This document shows, one piece after another, positions 10,735 to 21,238 of a stretch of 53,860 bases of DNA. Below the pieces are notes generated by a model. That model was given only the letters and a program-made list of their open reading frames with translations, searched no databases and was not told where the DNA came from. The stretch covers positions 1 to 53,860 of the forward strand of contig CAYYAA010000001.1 of the NCBI GenBank assembly GCA_964469875.1, in the 5' to 3' direction. The first letter of the stretch is position 1; each line of letters starts with the position of its first letter. Source of the stretch: an uncultured Bacteroides sp. Its GTDB lineage: Bacteria; Bacteroidota; Bacteroidia; Bacteroidales; Muribaculaceae. The translations under genes and the position numbers were made by a program.

Positions 10735-10742
10735 TAACTTTG
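10735..10742 (+). promoter_or_regulatory. Primary-sigma -7 element for the btu leader
   Basis: TAACTTTG immediately 5' of the riboswitch. Confidence 0.7.
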
Positions 10743-10744
10743 CG

Positions 10745-10957
10745 GCAGGTTTTGTTCCGGCTGTCATCAGCATAAAGTTGCGTTGGCATCGGATGAAAAG
10801 GGAATCAGGTGAAAAACCTGAACAGACCACGCTGCTGTAAGCTCCATATTATTGCGTTGACTCATAAAAGCCACTGCCATTTTTTTAGCATCTGAATGTC
10901 ACATTTTCGGGTGGGAAGGCGAGTCAATAGCGGAGTAAGTCAGAAGACCTGCAAAAC
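10745..10957 (+). promoter_or_regulatory. Cobalamin (B12) riboswitch
   Basis: AAAAGGGAATCAGGTGAAAAACCTGA, GCTGCTGTAA, GCCACTG, GGGAAGG and B12-box AAGTCAGAAGACCTGC, directly upstream of a TonB receptor and ABC transporter. Confidence 0.95.
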
Positions 10958-11040
10958 TGAAGACATAGCTCTGAGACTTCGAGGCAATTAGCGAAGAGTT
11001 TATGCATTTATTGATAACATAACCGTACATTACGAAAGCA

Positions 11041-13050
11041 ATGGAGAATTTCATCCTGTCTCAAGGACAGAGATTAGGCTTGCTTTGTGTAGTATTATTG
11101 CCGTTTGCTCCCGCATGGTCACAACAGACCGGCGAGACGCCGCTTGAGCGCACTCATACGCTTGACACCGTGACGGTAACCACACAACAGCGCCCCAACA
11201 AAGTGACATCAACGACGCCCCTGCAACGAATGGCTAAAGCCGACATCGAGCGCATGGGTGCGCTTGAGGTGTCTGATGCTGTCAAGCACTTCTCCGGCGT
11301 TAGCGTAAAAGATTATGGCGGCATTGGTGGCCTAAAGACTATCTCTGTGCGCAGTCTTGGCGCACAACACACGGCGGTCAGCTATGACGGCGTGGCTGTC
11401 GGTGATTGTCAGTCGGGACAAGTCGATATTTCACGCTTCTCTCTTGATAACATTTCGGAGTTGACAATGAGCATTGGTCAGAATGATAACATCTATCAGA
11501 CTGCCAAGATGTTTGCTTCAGCAGGTGCGCTCAGCATTGAGACAGACCGTCCAAAATTTGGTGATGACAATTTCATGATGACCGCAAAGCTGAAAGCCGG
11601 CTCTTATGGCATGGTCAATCCATCGCTGATGTTGGCGCAGCGCCTGTCAAACAGCGTTAGCCTGTCAGCATACGGCGATTTCCTGCGTGCTGACGGCAAC
11701 TACCGTTTCAAGATGAAAAACGGCAACAAGCTCATTGACGAGAAGCGCAACAACAGCGACATCGAGTCTTATCGCGCCGAAGTCAATTTGTTTGCTGCTA
11801 TCTCTAAGAAGCAAGATTTAAAAGTTAAGGCTTATCTCTATGACTCAGAGCGCGGGTTGCCGGGCAGTGTCGTTTATGATAACCCCTACTCTGCCGAGCG
11901 TCTTTATGACCGCAACTATTTCGGTCAAGTCAAATATGAGAATCGTTTTTCGCAAAAGTGGAAGCTCATGGCGAGCGGCAAATTCAATTATAGTTGGAAT
12001 CGCGACTATGACCGTCAATCGTCAGGCGTTACCGACTACCGTTATCGCCAACGCGAGACCTATTTGTCGGCAACATTGTGGACACAACCGGTTAAGGGTT
12101 TGAGTTTCTCCTTGGCAAATGACTTTGCTTATAACGACTTGTCAACAACGCTGCCCGAATGTCAATATCCCGAGCGCTTCACATTGTTGACCGTCATTGC
12201 TTCACACTATGAGAATAGCCATATCTCGGCAACAGCTTCATTGCTCAACACCTTCATCTCGGAGAACGTCGAAGTCGGCACAGCGGCGGCAGACCGCAAA
12301 CGCTTATCGCCATCGGTCAGCTTGTCATGGAAGCCCCTTGACGACCGCAGTTGGCGTGTGCGCATTTCTTATCAAGACATTTTCAGAACACCGACTTTTA
12401 ACGACTTATATTATCTGCTTATCGGCAACAGCAAATTGCGCCCCGAGAAGACCAAGCAGGTCAACTTAGGCACAACGTGGAGCGCAAGTCTATCGTCATT
12501 GGTCGATTATATCAGCCTTTCAGTTGACGGTTACTATGGCAGTGTCCGCGACAAAATCCTCGCCATCCCGACGATGTTTGTATGGCGCATGTCAAATGCC
12601 GGAAAGGTCGAAACTCTCGGCACTGACGTTAATCTCGCGTCAGAGTTAGCGTTCAACAGCGACTATCGTCTGTTTGTCACCGCGACTTACAACTTTATAC
12701 ACTCCGTGGACATCTCTGACAAGGCGAGCAAAATCTATCGTCACCAGATACCCTACACGCCCAAGCACTCCGGCTCGGCAAGCGTCACGCTGAAAAATCC
12801 GTATGTCGATTTCACATACAACGTGACCTATGCATCCGAGCGCTATCGCATAGCGCAAAATGCGCCTGAAAATCGCATCAAGCCCTACTGCGACCACGGC
12901 ATATCATTGTCACGCAAATTTAAGCTCGGCGAACACTCCCTGCGTGTGCAAGCCGATGCGCTCAATCTCGGTGGCAAAAATTATGAAATCATACGTTTCT
13001 ACCCTATGGCAGGACGCAACTATAAAATCGCATTAACTTATCAATTTTAA
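11041..13050 (+). CDS. btuB: TonB-dependent cobalamin receptor
   Basis: TonB box LDTVTVT, plug KDYGGIGGLKTISVRSLGA, PTFNDLYY, terminal Phe; under the B12 riboswitch. Confidence 0.88.
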   Translation: MENFILSQGQRLGLLCVVLLPFAPAWSQQTGETPLERTHTLDTVTVTTQQRPNKVTSTTPLQRMAKADIERMGALEVSDAVKHFSGVSVKDYGGIGGLKTISVRSLGAQHTAVSYDGVAVGDCQSGQVDISRFSLDNISELTMSIGQNDNIYQTAKMFASAGALSIETDRPKFGDDNFMMTAKLKAGSYGMVNPSLMLAQRLSNSVSLSAYGDFLRADGNYRFKMKNGNKLIDEKRNNSDIESYRAEVNLFAAISKKQDLKVKAYLYDSERGLPGSVVYDNPYSAERLYDRNYFGQVKYENRFSQKWKLMASGKFNYSWNRDYDRQSSGVTDYRYRQRETYLSATLWTQPVKGLSFSLANDFAYNDLSTTLPECQYPERFTLLTVIASHYENSHISATASLLNTFISENVEVGTAAADRKRLSPSVSLSWKPLDDRSWRVRISYQDIFRTPTFNDLYYLLIGNSKLRPEKTKQVNLGTTWSASLSSLVDYISLSVDGYYGSVRDKILAIPTMFVWRMSNAGKVETLGTDVNLASELAFNSDYRLFVTATYNFIHSVDISDKASKIYRHQIPYTPKHSGSASVTLKNPYVDFTYNVTYASERYRIAQNAPENRIKPYCDHGISLSRKFKLGEHSLRVQADALNLGGKNYEIIRFYPMAGRNYKIALTYQF

Positions 13051-13075
13051 TATAACCTTTTAAAAAACAATCCAA

Positions 13076-14173
13076 ATGAACAAATTTTGGTACAAAGCAG
13101 CCGTTTTGGCTATCGTAGCAGGTTCAATGACAGCCTGTGATGACAATGATGATGAATCATATGTAGACGCAACAGTTCCGACCGAAACACTCGGAGCATA
13201 CGTCCTCAACACCGGTAACTGGGGTGGTAACGACGCGTCTATCCAATACATCGACCTCGCAACAGGTACAATCAGCAGCGACCTCTATGCTGCAGCAAAC
13301 GGCGAAGGCCTCGGTGACCTCGGTCAAGACCTCTGCCTCTATGGTAACAAGCTCTATGCAACCGTCAGCGGCTCAGCTAAGTTCGTTGTTATGGACAAGA
13401 ACTGCAAGGTGCTCAAATCTATCGCATTGACCGACGCTTCAGGCGCAGCCGTTAAGCCCCGTTATATGACAGCAGTTGGCGGCTATGTTTACTTCACAAC
13501 TTACGAAGGCTATGTAAACAAACTCGATACTGCAAGCCTCGAAATCGTTGGCAAAGCTGAAGTAGGCAGCTATCCCGAAGGCATCACCAACGCTAACGGC
13601 AAACTCTATGTTAACAACTCAGGTTATGGCAAGGGCAACACCGTTTCTGTCGTTGACATCAAATCTTTCACCAAGACCAAAGATATCGAAATCGTCCTCA
13701 ACCCCTACACTCAATGCAAGACCGGCGATGACGGCTATGTATATGTAGTGTCTAACGGCAACTATGCAGGCAAGCCCTCACTCACAGAAGACCAATACAT
13801 CTATGGCACTCTCCAACGCATCGACCCGACAACTGACACCGTTACCGAGCTCTGCCACGCTTCTTACATCGCTCTTGACAGCAAAAACGCTTATATTCTC
13901 TACTCTGAATATTACTTGCCCGACCTCGCAAGAGCATATAAATATGACTTGTCAACAGGCGCAGAAAGCGACTTGTTTGACCTCTCTACTTTGTCATCAC
14001 CCAACTCTATCGACATCGACCCGGTTAACAACCTTCTCTATGTCACCAACGCTCCTTACGGTTCAAACTCTGACATCATCGTTTACGACACTAATGGCAA
14101 CAAGATTAAATCTTACGAAGCAGGTCACTCAACTTCTAAGATTTTGTTCGTAACTAATGCAGCAACAAAATAA
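13076..14173 (+). CDS. btuG: Surface lipoprotein beta-propeller, BtuG/YncE-like cobalamin-binding protein
   Basis: Lipobox MTAC followed by acidic DDNDD export signal; YVLNTGNWG, N..GLGD, PRY, VGSYPE propeller motifs; position in the btu operon. Confidence 0.75.
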   Translation: MNKFWYKAAVLAIVAGSMTACDDNDDESYVDATVPTETLGAYVLNTGNWGGNDASIQYIDLATGTISSDLYAAANGEGLGDLGQDLCLYGNKLYATVSGSAKFVVMDKNCKVLKSIALTDASGAAVKPRYMTAVGGYVYFTTYEGYVNKLDTASLEIVGKAEVGSYPEGITNANGKLYVNNSGYGKGNTVSVVDIKSFTKTKDIEIVLNPYTQCKTGDDGYVYVVSNGNYAGKPSLTEDQYIYGTLQRIDPTTDTVTELCHASYIALDSKNAYILYSEYYLPDLARAYKYDLSTGAESDLFDLSTLSSPNSIDIDPVNNLLYVTNAPYGSNSDIIVYDTNGNKIKSYEAGHSTSKILFVTNAATK

Positions 14174-14180
14174 TGATTAG

Positions 14181-15311
14181 ATGAAGCGAATAGCTTTAAT
14201 CATAAATTGCATAATAGCAGTCTTGTTATTCTCTGCCTGCGGCGGAGGAAGCAAGACTGCTTCTTTTTCGGAAGGCGCGGACATCTCTTTGCGTTATGCC
14301 GACAATCTCTCGTTGACACAATGTGACGGCTATATCGTTGCCAAATTGCGCAATCCGTGGGACACGACAAAGCTGCTCCACACCTACATCCTCGTGGACA
14401 GAGACGCTGAGTTACCCGCCGAGTTGCCAGATGGCACTGTCGTCAGAACGCCAATCAACAAGGCTGTCATTTATTCATCCGTCCACTGTAGCTTGCTAAA
14501 TAACCTCGGAGCAGTTGACCTTATCGGCGGCGTATGCGACTTGAGCTATATCAAGCTCGATGAGATACAACAGCGCTGCGCCTCAGGCAAGATTGCAGAC
14601 TGCGGCAATGGACAAGCCCCCGACTTCGAGAAATTGATTGACCTCAACCCAGATGCCATTTTGCTCTCTCCGTTTGAGAACAGTGGCGGCTATGGACGTG
14701 TCGAGAAACTCAACATCCCGATAATCGAATGTGCCGACTATATGGAGACATCGCCCCTCGGTCGCGCTGAGTGGATGCGATTCTACGGCCTGTTATTCGG
14801 CGTATCAACACAAGCTGACAGCCTGTTTGCAGAGGTCGAAAGCAACTACAACGCGCTTAAAGCAATGGTCAACAAAAACGCAGCCAAACCGCGCGTAATA
14901 GTTGACCTAAAGAACGGCTCTACATGGTATGTCCCCGGCGGACACAGCACCATGGCAAAGCTCTACAAAGATGCAGGCGCGCAATATGTCTTTGCCAATG
15001 ATGACCACAGCGGCTCACTGCCTTTGGCTTTTGAGACCGTCTATGACCGCGGTCAAGATGCTGACATTTGGCTTATCAAATACAACCAAGCCATAGACAA
15101 GACTTATGAACAATTAGCTCAGGACTATGCGCCTAACAAGAACTTCAAAGCCTATGTCAATCGCCGCATCTATGGTTGCAACACCAACCACATCCAATTT
15201 TATGAAGAGTCACCATTCCACCCCGATTGGTTGCTCAAAGACCTTATCAAAATCTTCCACCCCGAAATGTTGGGAGATTACACTCCTAAATATTACAGCG
15301 AACTTAAATAA
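14181..15311 (+). CDS. btuF: Cobalamin ABC transporter substrate-binding lipoprotein
   Basis: Lipobox FSAC; YMETSPLGRAEW; PDWLLKDLIKIFHP. Confidence 0.85.
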   Translation: MKRIALIINCIIAVLLFSACGGGSKTASFSEGADISLRYADNLSLTQCDGYIVAKLRNPWDTTKLLHTYILVDRDAELPAELPDGTVVRTPINKAVIYSSVHCSLLNNLGAVDLIGGVCDLSYIKLDEIQQRCASGKIADCGNGQAPDFEKLIDLNPDAILLSPFENSGGYGRVEKLNIPIIECADYMETSPLGRAEWMRFYGLLFGVSTQADSLFAEVESNYNALKAMVNKNAAKPRVIVDLKNGSTWYVPGGHSTMAKLYKDAGAQYVFANDDHSGSLPLAFETVYDRGQDADIWLIKYNQAIDKTYEQLAQDYAPNKNFKAYVNRRIYGCNTNHIQFYEESPFHPDWLLKDLIKIFHPEMLGDYTPKYYSELK

Positions 15312-16342
15312 TGAGAAATAAAAGCACTTTTTACGGCATCATGCTAACAGTGGCAATAATCGTGCTTGCCGCCGCCAACCTGCTGTTTGGCTCGGTAAAC
15401 ATCCCCTGCAATGCTGTCATAGACATACTCCTCGGCAATGAAGTCGAGAAAGCGAGTTGGAGCTTTATCGTCTGGGAATCGCGTGTTCCACAGACCATCA
15501 CAGCCCTGTTATGCGGTATGTCCTTAGCTGCATCAGGATTGCTGCTGCAAACGACCTTTAACAACCCGTTGGCAGACCCGTCAATATTGGGCATCAGCTC
15601 AGGTGCGAGTCTCGGCGTGGCGTTGGTAATGCTTGCCGGAGGCGGAACATTGACCGCCGGAGTGCTTACATTCTCAGGTTTCTTGTCAGTGCTCATCGGA
15701 GCATTTGCCGGGGCAATGATAGTCTTGGCTATCATCCTCGCCTTCTCCTCTATCGTTAAACAGCCTATCATGCTGCTCATCATCGGCATCATGGTCGGCT
15801 ATATCACCTCGTCAGCGATATCTCTGCTCAACTTCTTTGCCACAGCCGAGGGCGTACACTCATACATGATATGGGGTCTCGGCAACTTCGGCGGTGTCTC
15901 TTTGGCTCAATTGCCACTATTCTCAACCGTCACTATCGCCGGACTGATTATCACGATATTACTTATCAAACCTCTTAACGCCCTGCTTCTCGGCACACGC
16001 TATGCCGAGAACCTCGGTGTCAACATTCGCCGCACTCGCAATATGCTGCTCATCGCCACAGGCGGACTGACAGCATTGACGACAGCGTTCTGCGGTCCTA
16101 TCTCATTCATCGGACTTGCCGTGCCACACATAGCACGACTATTGCTCGGCACGTCAAACCACAATACGCTGTTGCCGCTCACCCTATTGACCGGCGGCGC
16201 GATTGCCCTACTCTGCAACCTCATCTGCATCCTTCCGGGTGAAGCCGGCATCATTCCGCTTAATGCCGTAACGCCCGTTATCGGTGCTCCTATCATCATA
16301 TATATTATAGTAAACCAACGCAGAATCCAATACTTTAACTAA
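15311..16342 (+). CDS. btuC: Cobalamin ABC transporter permease (FecCD family)
   Basis: NPLADPSILGISSGA, YAENLGV, GPISFIGLAVPH. Confidence 0.88.
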   Translation: MRNKSTFYGIMLTVAIIVLAAANLLFGSVNIPCNAVIDILLGNEVEKASWSFIVWESRVPQTITALLCGMSLAASGLLLQTTFNNPLADPSILGISSGASLGVALVMLAGGGTLTAGVLTFSGFLSVLIGAFAGAMIVLAIILAFSSIVKQPIMLLIIGIMVGYITSSAISLLNFFATAEGVHSYMIWGLGNFGGVSLAQLPLFSTVTIAGLIITILLIKPLNALLLGTRYAENLGVNIRRTRNMLLIATGGLTALTTAFCGPISFIGLAVPHIARLLLGTSNHNTLLPLTLLTGGAIALLCNLICILPGEAGIIPLNAVTPVIGAPIIIYIIVNQRRIQYFN

Positions 16343-17349
16343 TGGAAAAGTCAGCAATCATCACTGCCAAAGGTCTCTGCATTGGCTATCGCTCACATGG
16401 CGAAGAAAAGCACGTGCATGACGGGCTGTCCTTTGAGCTGCTCAGCGGCGAGTTGACAAGCCTAATAGGAGTCAACGGCGCAGGCAAATCGACGCTGCTG
16501 CGCACGCTGTCAGCTTCACAACCGACACTCGGCGGCGAGTTACTCATCAACGGCAAGCCAATACGCCTATACTCAGAGCGCGAGCTGTCACGCACAATAG
16601 GTGTCGTCCTCACCGACAAAACACAAGCCGGAGGACTGACCGTGCGCGAACTTGTTGCTCTTGGTCGCCAACCGCACACCGGATTTTTCGGCCGCCTACA
16701 CAAGCACGACAACGACATCATAGACGAGATGATGACAGCCGTAGGCATTGCCTACAAAGCCAACACTTACATCGCCGAGCTCTCTGACGGCGAACGTCAA
16801 AAAGTCATGATTGCCAAAGCTCTCGTGCAAGAATGTCCGCTTATCATACTCGATGAGCCAACGGCATTCTTAGACGTTGTAAACCGCATTGAGATAATGA
16901 ACCTGCTCCACCAAATTGCTGTCACCCAGCACAAAGCCATACTGCTGTCAACCCACGACATCGAGCAGGCACTCGTGCTGTCAGACCGTCTATGGCTACT
17001 GTCAAAAGAGCACGGGCTGCAACACGGCGTGACCGAGGACATCATACTCTCGCATAAGATGGACAGCATATTCACTCATAAGAATATACGCTTTGACTAT
17101 GACCACGGAGTATATTACCCCGCAGTCAGCGGTACAAAAGAAATAAGCGTAGAGTCCAACGATGAGACGCTACTCCATTGGGCAATAAATGCCTTGAATC
17201 GCAACGGCTATATCTGCTACCCCGGAGCGCAAGGTCGTGATGACATACCGCACTTAACTGTCAGCGCTGCGACACAACTCACGCTAACAAAAGCGGCAAA
17301 CACCACTGAGTACACATCATTTGCCGCCCTACTCTCAAACCTCGACTAA
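16342..17349 (+). CDS. btuD: Cobalamin ABC transporter ATP-binding protein
   Basis: Walker A GVNGAGKST, LSDGERQ, ILDEPT, STHD. Confidence 0.88.
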   Translation: MEKSAIITAKGLCIGYRSHGEEKHVHDGLSFELLSGELTSLIGVNGAGKSTLLRTLSASQPTLGGELLINGKPIRLYSERELSRTIGVVLTDKTQAGGLTVRELVALGRQPHTGFFGRLHKHDNDIIDEMMTAVGIAYKANTYIAELSDGERQKVMIAKALVQECPLIILDEPTAFLDVVNRIEIMNLLHQIAVTQHKAILLSTHDIEQALVLSDRLWLLSKEHGLQHGVTEDIILSHKMDSIFTHKNIRFDYDHGVYYPAVSGTKEISVESNDETLLHWAINALNRNGYICYPGAQGRDDIPHLTVSAATQLTLTKAANTTEYTSFAALLSNLD

Positions 17350-17476
17350 ACACGTCCCAAAATTGTGTGAATTGGAGCGATAATGCTGATTTTTGGCTGA
17401 AAATTGCCGATATATGGAAAAAATTTCGCAACTTTGTAGTCCAAAACAATACATAAAAATCGCGCGATATCAGATT

Positions 17477-18505
17477 ATGAATTTTTCTGCTGATTTAATT
17501 GCATCACACGTAGGCGGTGTCGTCGAAGGTGATGGTACAACTACAGTCAACACATTCTCAAAGATTGAGGAGGCACAACCGGGTGCTATCACATTCTTGG
17601 CGAATCCAAAATATACTCACTTCATCTACACAACAAAGGCTTCTATCGTCTTGGTTAGAAAGGATTTTGTCGCTGAACAACCTATAAGTGCCACCCTCAT
17701 CAGGGTTGAAGACCCCTATCAAACGCTGTCACAACTTTTGACCATCGTGTCAGAAGCGCTCAACACACATCCGACGGGCATTGAGCAACCGTCATTTGTT
17801 AGCCCCGAGGCTACCGTCGGTGACAATTGCTATGTTGGTGCGTTTGCTTATGTTGCCAAAGGTGCAAAGTTAGGTAATAACGTGAAAGTTTATCCGCAAG
17901 CCTACATCGGCGACGGCGTGACTATCGGTGACAACACGATAATCTACTCCGGTGTGAAAATTTACCGCGGCTGCAAAGTCGGTCAGCGTTGCATCTTGCA
18001 CTCAGGCGCTGTTATCGGAGCTGACGGCTTCGGCTTTGCTCCAAAACCTGACGGCAGCTATGACAAGATACCCCAAATCGGCATTGTTGAGATTGCCGAT
18101 GATGTTGAGATTGGAGCAAACACCACGGTAGACCGTGCCACAATGGGTGCGACACGCGTTCAGAAAGGTGTAAAACTTGATAACCTCATCCAAGTAGCGC
18201 ACAATGTCGAAGTCGGCAGTAACACCGTTATCGCTGCACAAGCAGGCATCGCAGGCTCGGCAAAAATCGGTGAGCAATGCATGATAGGTGGTCAAGCAGG
18301 TATTGCCGGTCACATCACTATCGGTGGACGGTCAGGCATCGCCGGTCAGAGCGGCATTGAGCACAGCATTCCGGAAGGTAGTCGCATGATGGGTTCTCCA
18401 GCGATTAAGCTCGGCGACTATGCGCGTCAAACTGTTCACATTAAACGCTTGGCAGACCTCTTTGACCGCGTAAGCAAACTTGAGAAAGAAATAACAAAGA
18501 AATAA
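17477..18505 (+). CDS. lpxD: UDP-3-O-(3-hydroxymyristoyl)glucosamine N-acyltransferase
   Basis: Hexapeptide repeats, GADGFGFAP, KLDNLIQVAHNV; start reassigned to ATG 17477 (MNFSA). Confidence 0.96.
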   Translation: MNFSADLIASHVGGVVEGDGTTTVNTFSKIEEAQPGAITFLANPKYTHFIYTTKASIVLVRKDFVAEQPISATLIRVEDPYQTLSQLLTIVSEALNTHPTGIEQPSFVSPEATVGDNCYVGAFAYVAKGAKLGNNVKVYPQAYIGDGVTIGDNTIIYSGVKIYRGCKVGQRCILHSGAVIGADGFGFAPKPDGSYDKIPQIGIVEIADDVEIGANTTVDRATMGATRVQKGVKLDNLIQVAHNVEVGSNTVIAAQAGIAGSAKIGEQCMIGGQAGIAGHITIGGRSGIAGQSGIEHSIPEGSRMMGSPAIKLGDYARQTVHIKRLADLFDRVSKLEKEITKK

Positions 18506-18525
18506 CAAACATCCATTATATAGCA

Positions 18526-19908
18526 ATGAAGCAACTTACACTTAAAGCGCCTTTCACCCTCGAAGGTAAAGGTTTGCACACCGGCGGACACATCGTAGCA
18601 GAGTTCTGCCCTGCGCCTGATAATCATGGATACAAAATTCAACGCATTGACCTCGAAGGCACTCCGACTATTGATGCCGTTGCAGAGAATGTCGTTGCTA
18701 CAAATCGCGGCACAGTAATCGGTCGCGGTGAAGTTACAGTTAGCACTATCGAACACGCTATGGCAGCGCTCTATGCCCTCGGCATTGACAACTGTCTCAT
18801 CAAACTCAACGGCGCTGAAATGCCCATCCTCGATGGTAGTGCAAAGCCTTTTGTTGAAGCTATCAAAGCTGTCGGCACTGAAGAACAACGCGCCGACAAA
18901 GACTATTATATCGTTAAACACAAAATCGAAGTCGTTGACGAAGCTACAGGCTCTAAGATTTGCATCCTCCCGGATGATACATTCAGCTTAGACGTGAAAG
19001 TGAACTTCGAGTCACCTGTTCTCGCCAACCAATATGCGACACTCGACAATGTAGCAGACTTCGACACCGAGATTGCACCGGCACGCACATTCGTTTTTGT
19101 TCGCGAAATCGAGCAATTGTTGCAAGCCAACCTCATCAAAGGCGGCGATCTCGACAACGCAATCGTCATCTATGACAGTCCTATTTCACAAGAAGGACTT
19201 GACCATATCGCTGACCTAATCGGCATCGAACACCGTCAAGTTAGCGAATATGGCTATATCAACACAACTCCGCTCTTCCATGAGAATGAGCCGGCACGCC
19301 ACAAGGTCATGGACCTCATCGGCGACATCGCTCTTATCGGTCGTCCGCTAAAAGGTCACGTTATCGCAACACGTCCCGGCCACACCATCAACAGCAAGTT
19401 GACCAAAGATATACGCCGCAACATCAAGCACCAAGAAATCCAAGCTCCCGTCTATGATCCCAACGTAGCGCCGCTGATGGACAACAATCGCATCCGCGAA
19501 TTGCTCCCCCACCGCTACCCGTTCTTGCTCATCGACAAAGTGATAGACAAAGGCGACCAATATATCGTAGGCGTTAAGAATGTCACCACCAACGAGCCAT
19601 TCTTCCAAGGTCACTTCCCTCAAGAGCCCGTTATGCCGGGTGTACTCTTGGTTGAAGCAATGGCACAGACAGGCGGCTTGCTCGTGCTCGGCTCTGTAGA
19701 TGAACCGGAACGCTATTCGACTTACTTCATGAAAATTGACAACGTAAAATTCCGTCAAAAAGTCGTTCCCGGCGATACACTTCTCTTCCACGTATCATTT
19801 ATGTCAGAATTGCGTCGCGGCTGCGCTGTCATGAAAGGTCGCGCATTCGTTGGCGAGAAAGTGGTTTGCGAATGTGAATTTATGGCTCAAATTATCAAGA
19901 ATAAATAA
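18526..19908 (+). CDS. lpxC-fabZ: Bifunctional LpxC/FabZ
   Basis: GLHTG, TIEH, ARHKVMDLIGD (LpxC); LLPHRYPFL, GHFP..PVMPGV (FabZ). Confidence 0.97.
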   Translation: MKQLTLKAPFTLEGKGLHTGGHIVAEFCPAPDNHGYKIQRIDLEGTPTIDAVAENVVATNRGTVIGRGEVTVSTIEHAMAALYALGIDNCLIKLNGAEMPILDGSAKPFVEAIKAVGTEEQRADKDYYIVKHKIEVVDEATGSKICILPDDTFSLDVKVNFESPVLANQYATLDNVADFDTEIAPARTFVFVREIEQLLQANLIKGGDLDNAIVIYDSPISQEGLDHIADLIGIEHRQVSEYGYINTTPLFHENEPARHKVMDLIGDIALIGRPLKGHVIATRPGHTINSKLTKDIRRNIKHQEIQAPVYDPNVAPLMDNNRIRELLPHRYPFLLIDKVIDKGDQYIVGVKNVTTNEPFFQGHFPQEPVMPGVLLVEAMAQTGGLLVLGSVDEPERYSTYFMKIDNVKFRQKVVPGDTLLFHVSFMSELRRGCAVMKGRAFVGEKVVCECEFMAQIIKNK

Positions 19909-19921
19909 TTATTTAATTTAG

Positions 19922-20695
19922 ATGAACCAACCATTATCATACATACACCCAGATGCCAAAATCGGCAAGGATGTGGAGATTGGTCCGTTTGTAACGATAC
20001 ACGAAAACGTCGAGATTGGTGACGGCACACGCATCTACAGCAACGTCACAATCTTCCCCGGTGCACGTATCGGTAAGAACTGCACAATCTTCCCCGGTGC
20101 TGTCATCTCGGCGATACCTCAAGACCTGAAATTTGCCGGTGAAGACACCACTGTAATTATCGGAGATAATACAACGCTGCGTGAATGTGTCACCGTACAC
20201 CGCGGCACAGCAGCAAAAGGACGCACCGTCGTAGGCTCAAATTGCCTCATCATGGCATACACTCACATCGCTCACGACTGTATTCTCGGCAACAACATCA
20301 TTATCAGCAATGCCTCACAACTTGCCGGTGAAGTCGAAGTCGATGACTTTGCTATCATTGGCGGCGGCACGCTGATACACCAATTCTGCCGTCTCGGCAA
20401 ACACGTGATGATACAAGGCGGAGCTCTCATCAACAAAGACATTCCGCCCTATGTCAAAGCCGCACGCGAGCCTATCGCCTACACCGGCATCAACTCTGTC
20501 GGTCTACACCGCCGTGGCTTCGCCGATGAGACTATTAATAACATCCAAGAAATTTACCGCTTGCTCTATCTCTCAGATATGAACGTGAGCGATGCGGTAG
20601 CTCGCATTAAGGCCGAGATGCCACAATCAGCAGAGCGTGACGAAGTGCTTAAATTCGTCGAAAGCTCTAAGCGCGGCATCATCAGAGGCCATTAA
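19922..20695 (+). CDS. lpxA: Acyl-ACP-UDP-GlcNAc O-acyltransferase
   Basis: PQDLKF, HIAHDC, HQF, hexapeptide repeats. Confidence 0.97.
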   Translation: MNQPLSYIHPDAKIGKDVEIGPFVTIHENVEIGDGTRIYSNVTIFPGARIGKNCTIFPGAVISAIPQDLKFAGEDTTVIIGDNTTLRECVTVHRGTAAKGRTVVGSNCLIMAYTHIAHDCILGNNIIISNASQLAGEVEVDDFAIIGGGTLIHQFCRLGKHVMIQGGALINKDIPPYVKAAREPIAYTGINSVGLHRRGFADETINNIQEIYRLLYLSDMNVSDAVARIKAEMPQSAERDEVLKFVESSKRGIIRGH

Positions 20696-20706
20696 AAAAA
20701 ATAAAA

Positions 20707-21088
20707 ACAGAACGCCGGTTCGTCGCTCACGTATGAATAGGACGTGAGAGGAAAGTCCGGGCAACAAAGAGCACCATATTTCCTAACGGGAAGCTATCGG
20801 TGACGGTAGAGTAATGTGACAGAAAACGACCGCCGACAGCAATGTCGGTAAGGGTGAAAAGGCGAGGTAAGAGCTCACCGGGCGGAATAGTGATATAACG
20901 CGCCGCACATCTTATGGGTTGCAAGGTCAAGTATACCGGCATTTAAGGGCTGCTCGTCCATTGTCGGGGGGTAGACTGCTAAACTGCGGCGGCAACGTCT
21001 CAGTCAGATAAATGACGAACGGTAAGGCGGAACTCGCTCTTCGGAGCGAAAGCACGCCACCACATAACCCGGCTTATAAGCGTTCTGT
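20707..21088 (+). ncRNA. rnpB: RNase P RNA (type A)
   Basis: GAGGAAAGTCCGGGC, GGGTGAAAAGGCGAGGTAAGAGC, CAGATAAATGA, AACCCGGCTTAT; P1 ends ACAGAACGC / GCGTTCTGT. Confidence 0.97.
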
Positions 21089-21093
21089 GCTAC

Positions 21094-21125
21094 AAACGCC
21101 CTCCACTGCGGAGGGCGTTTATTTT
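21094..21125 (+). terminator. rnpB terminator
   Basis: AAACGCCCTCC-ACTGC-GGAGGGCGTTT followed by ATTTT. Confidence 0.88.
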
Positions 21126-21238
21126 ATATAATGCTTAATTTAAATCCGCCACCGCAGCTTCAACCATCAAATTGCGTGCTAAATTTTGAATTGTGTAAAA
21201 TTTTTATCATATTTGCAGAAACAATTTAACATATTGAT

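Noticed and set aside
18526-19908. LpxC-FabZ fusion as a novelty
   Set aside because: Standard arrangement in Bacteroidota.
20727-20942. 71-aa minus-strand ORF
   Set aside because: Antisense shadow of RNase P RNA.
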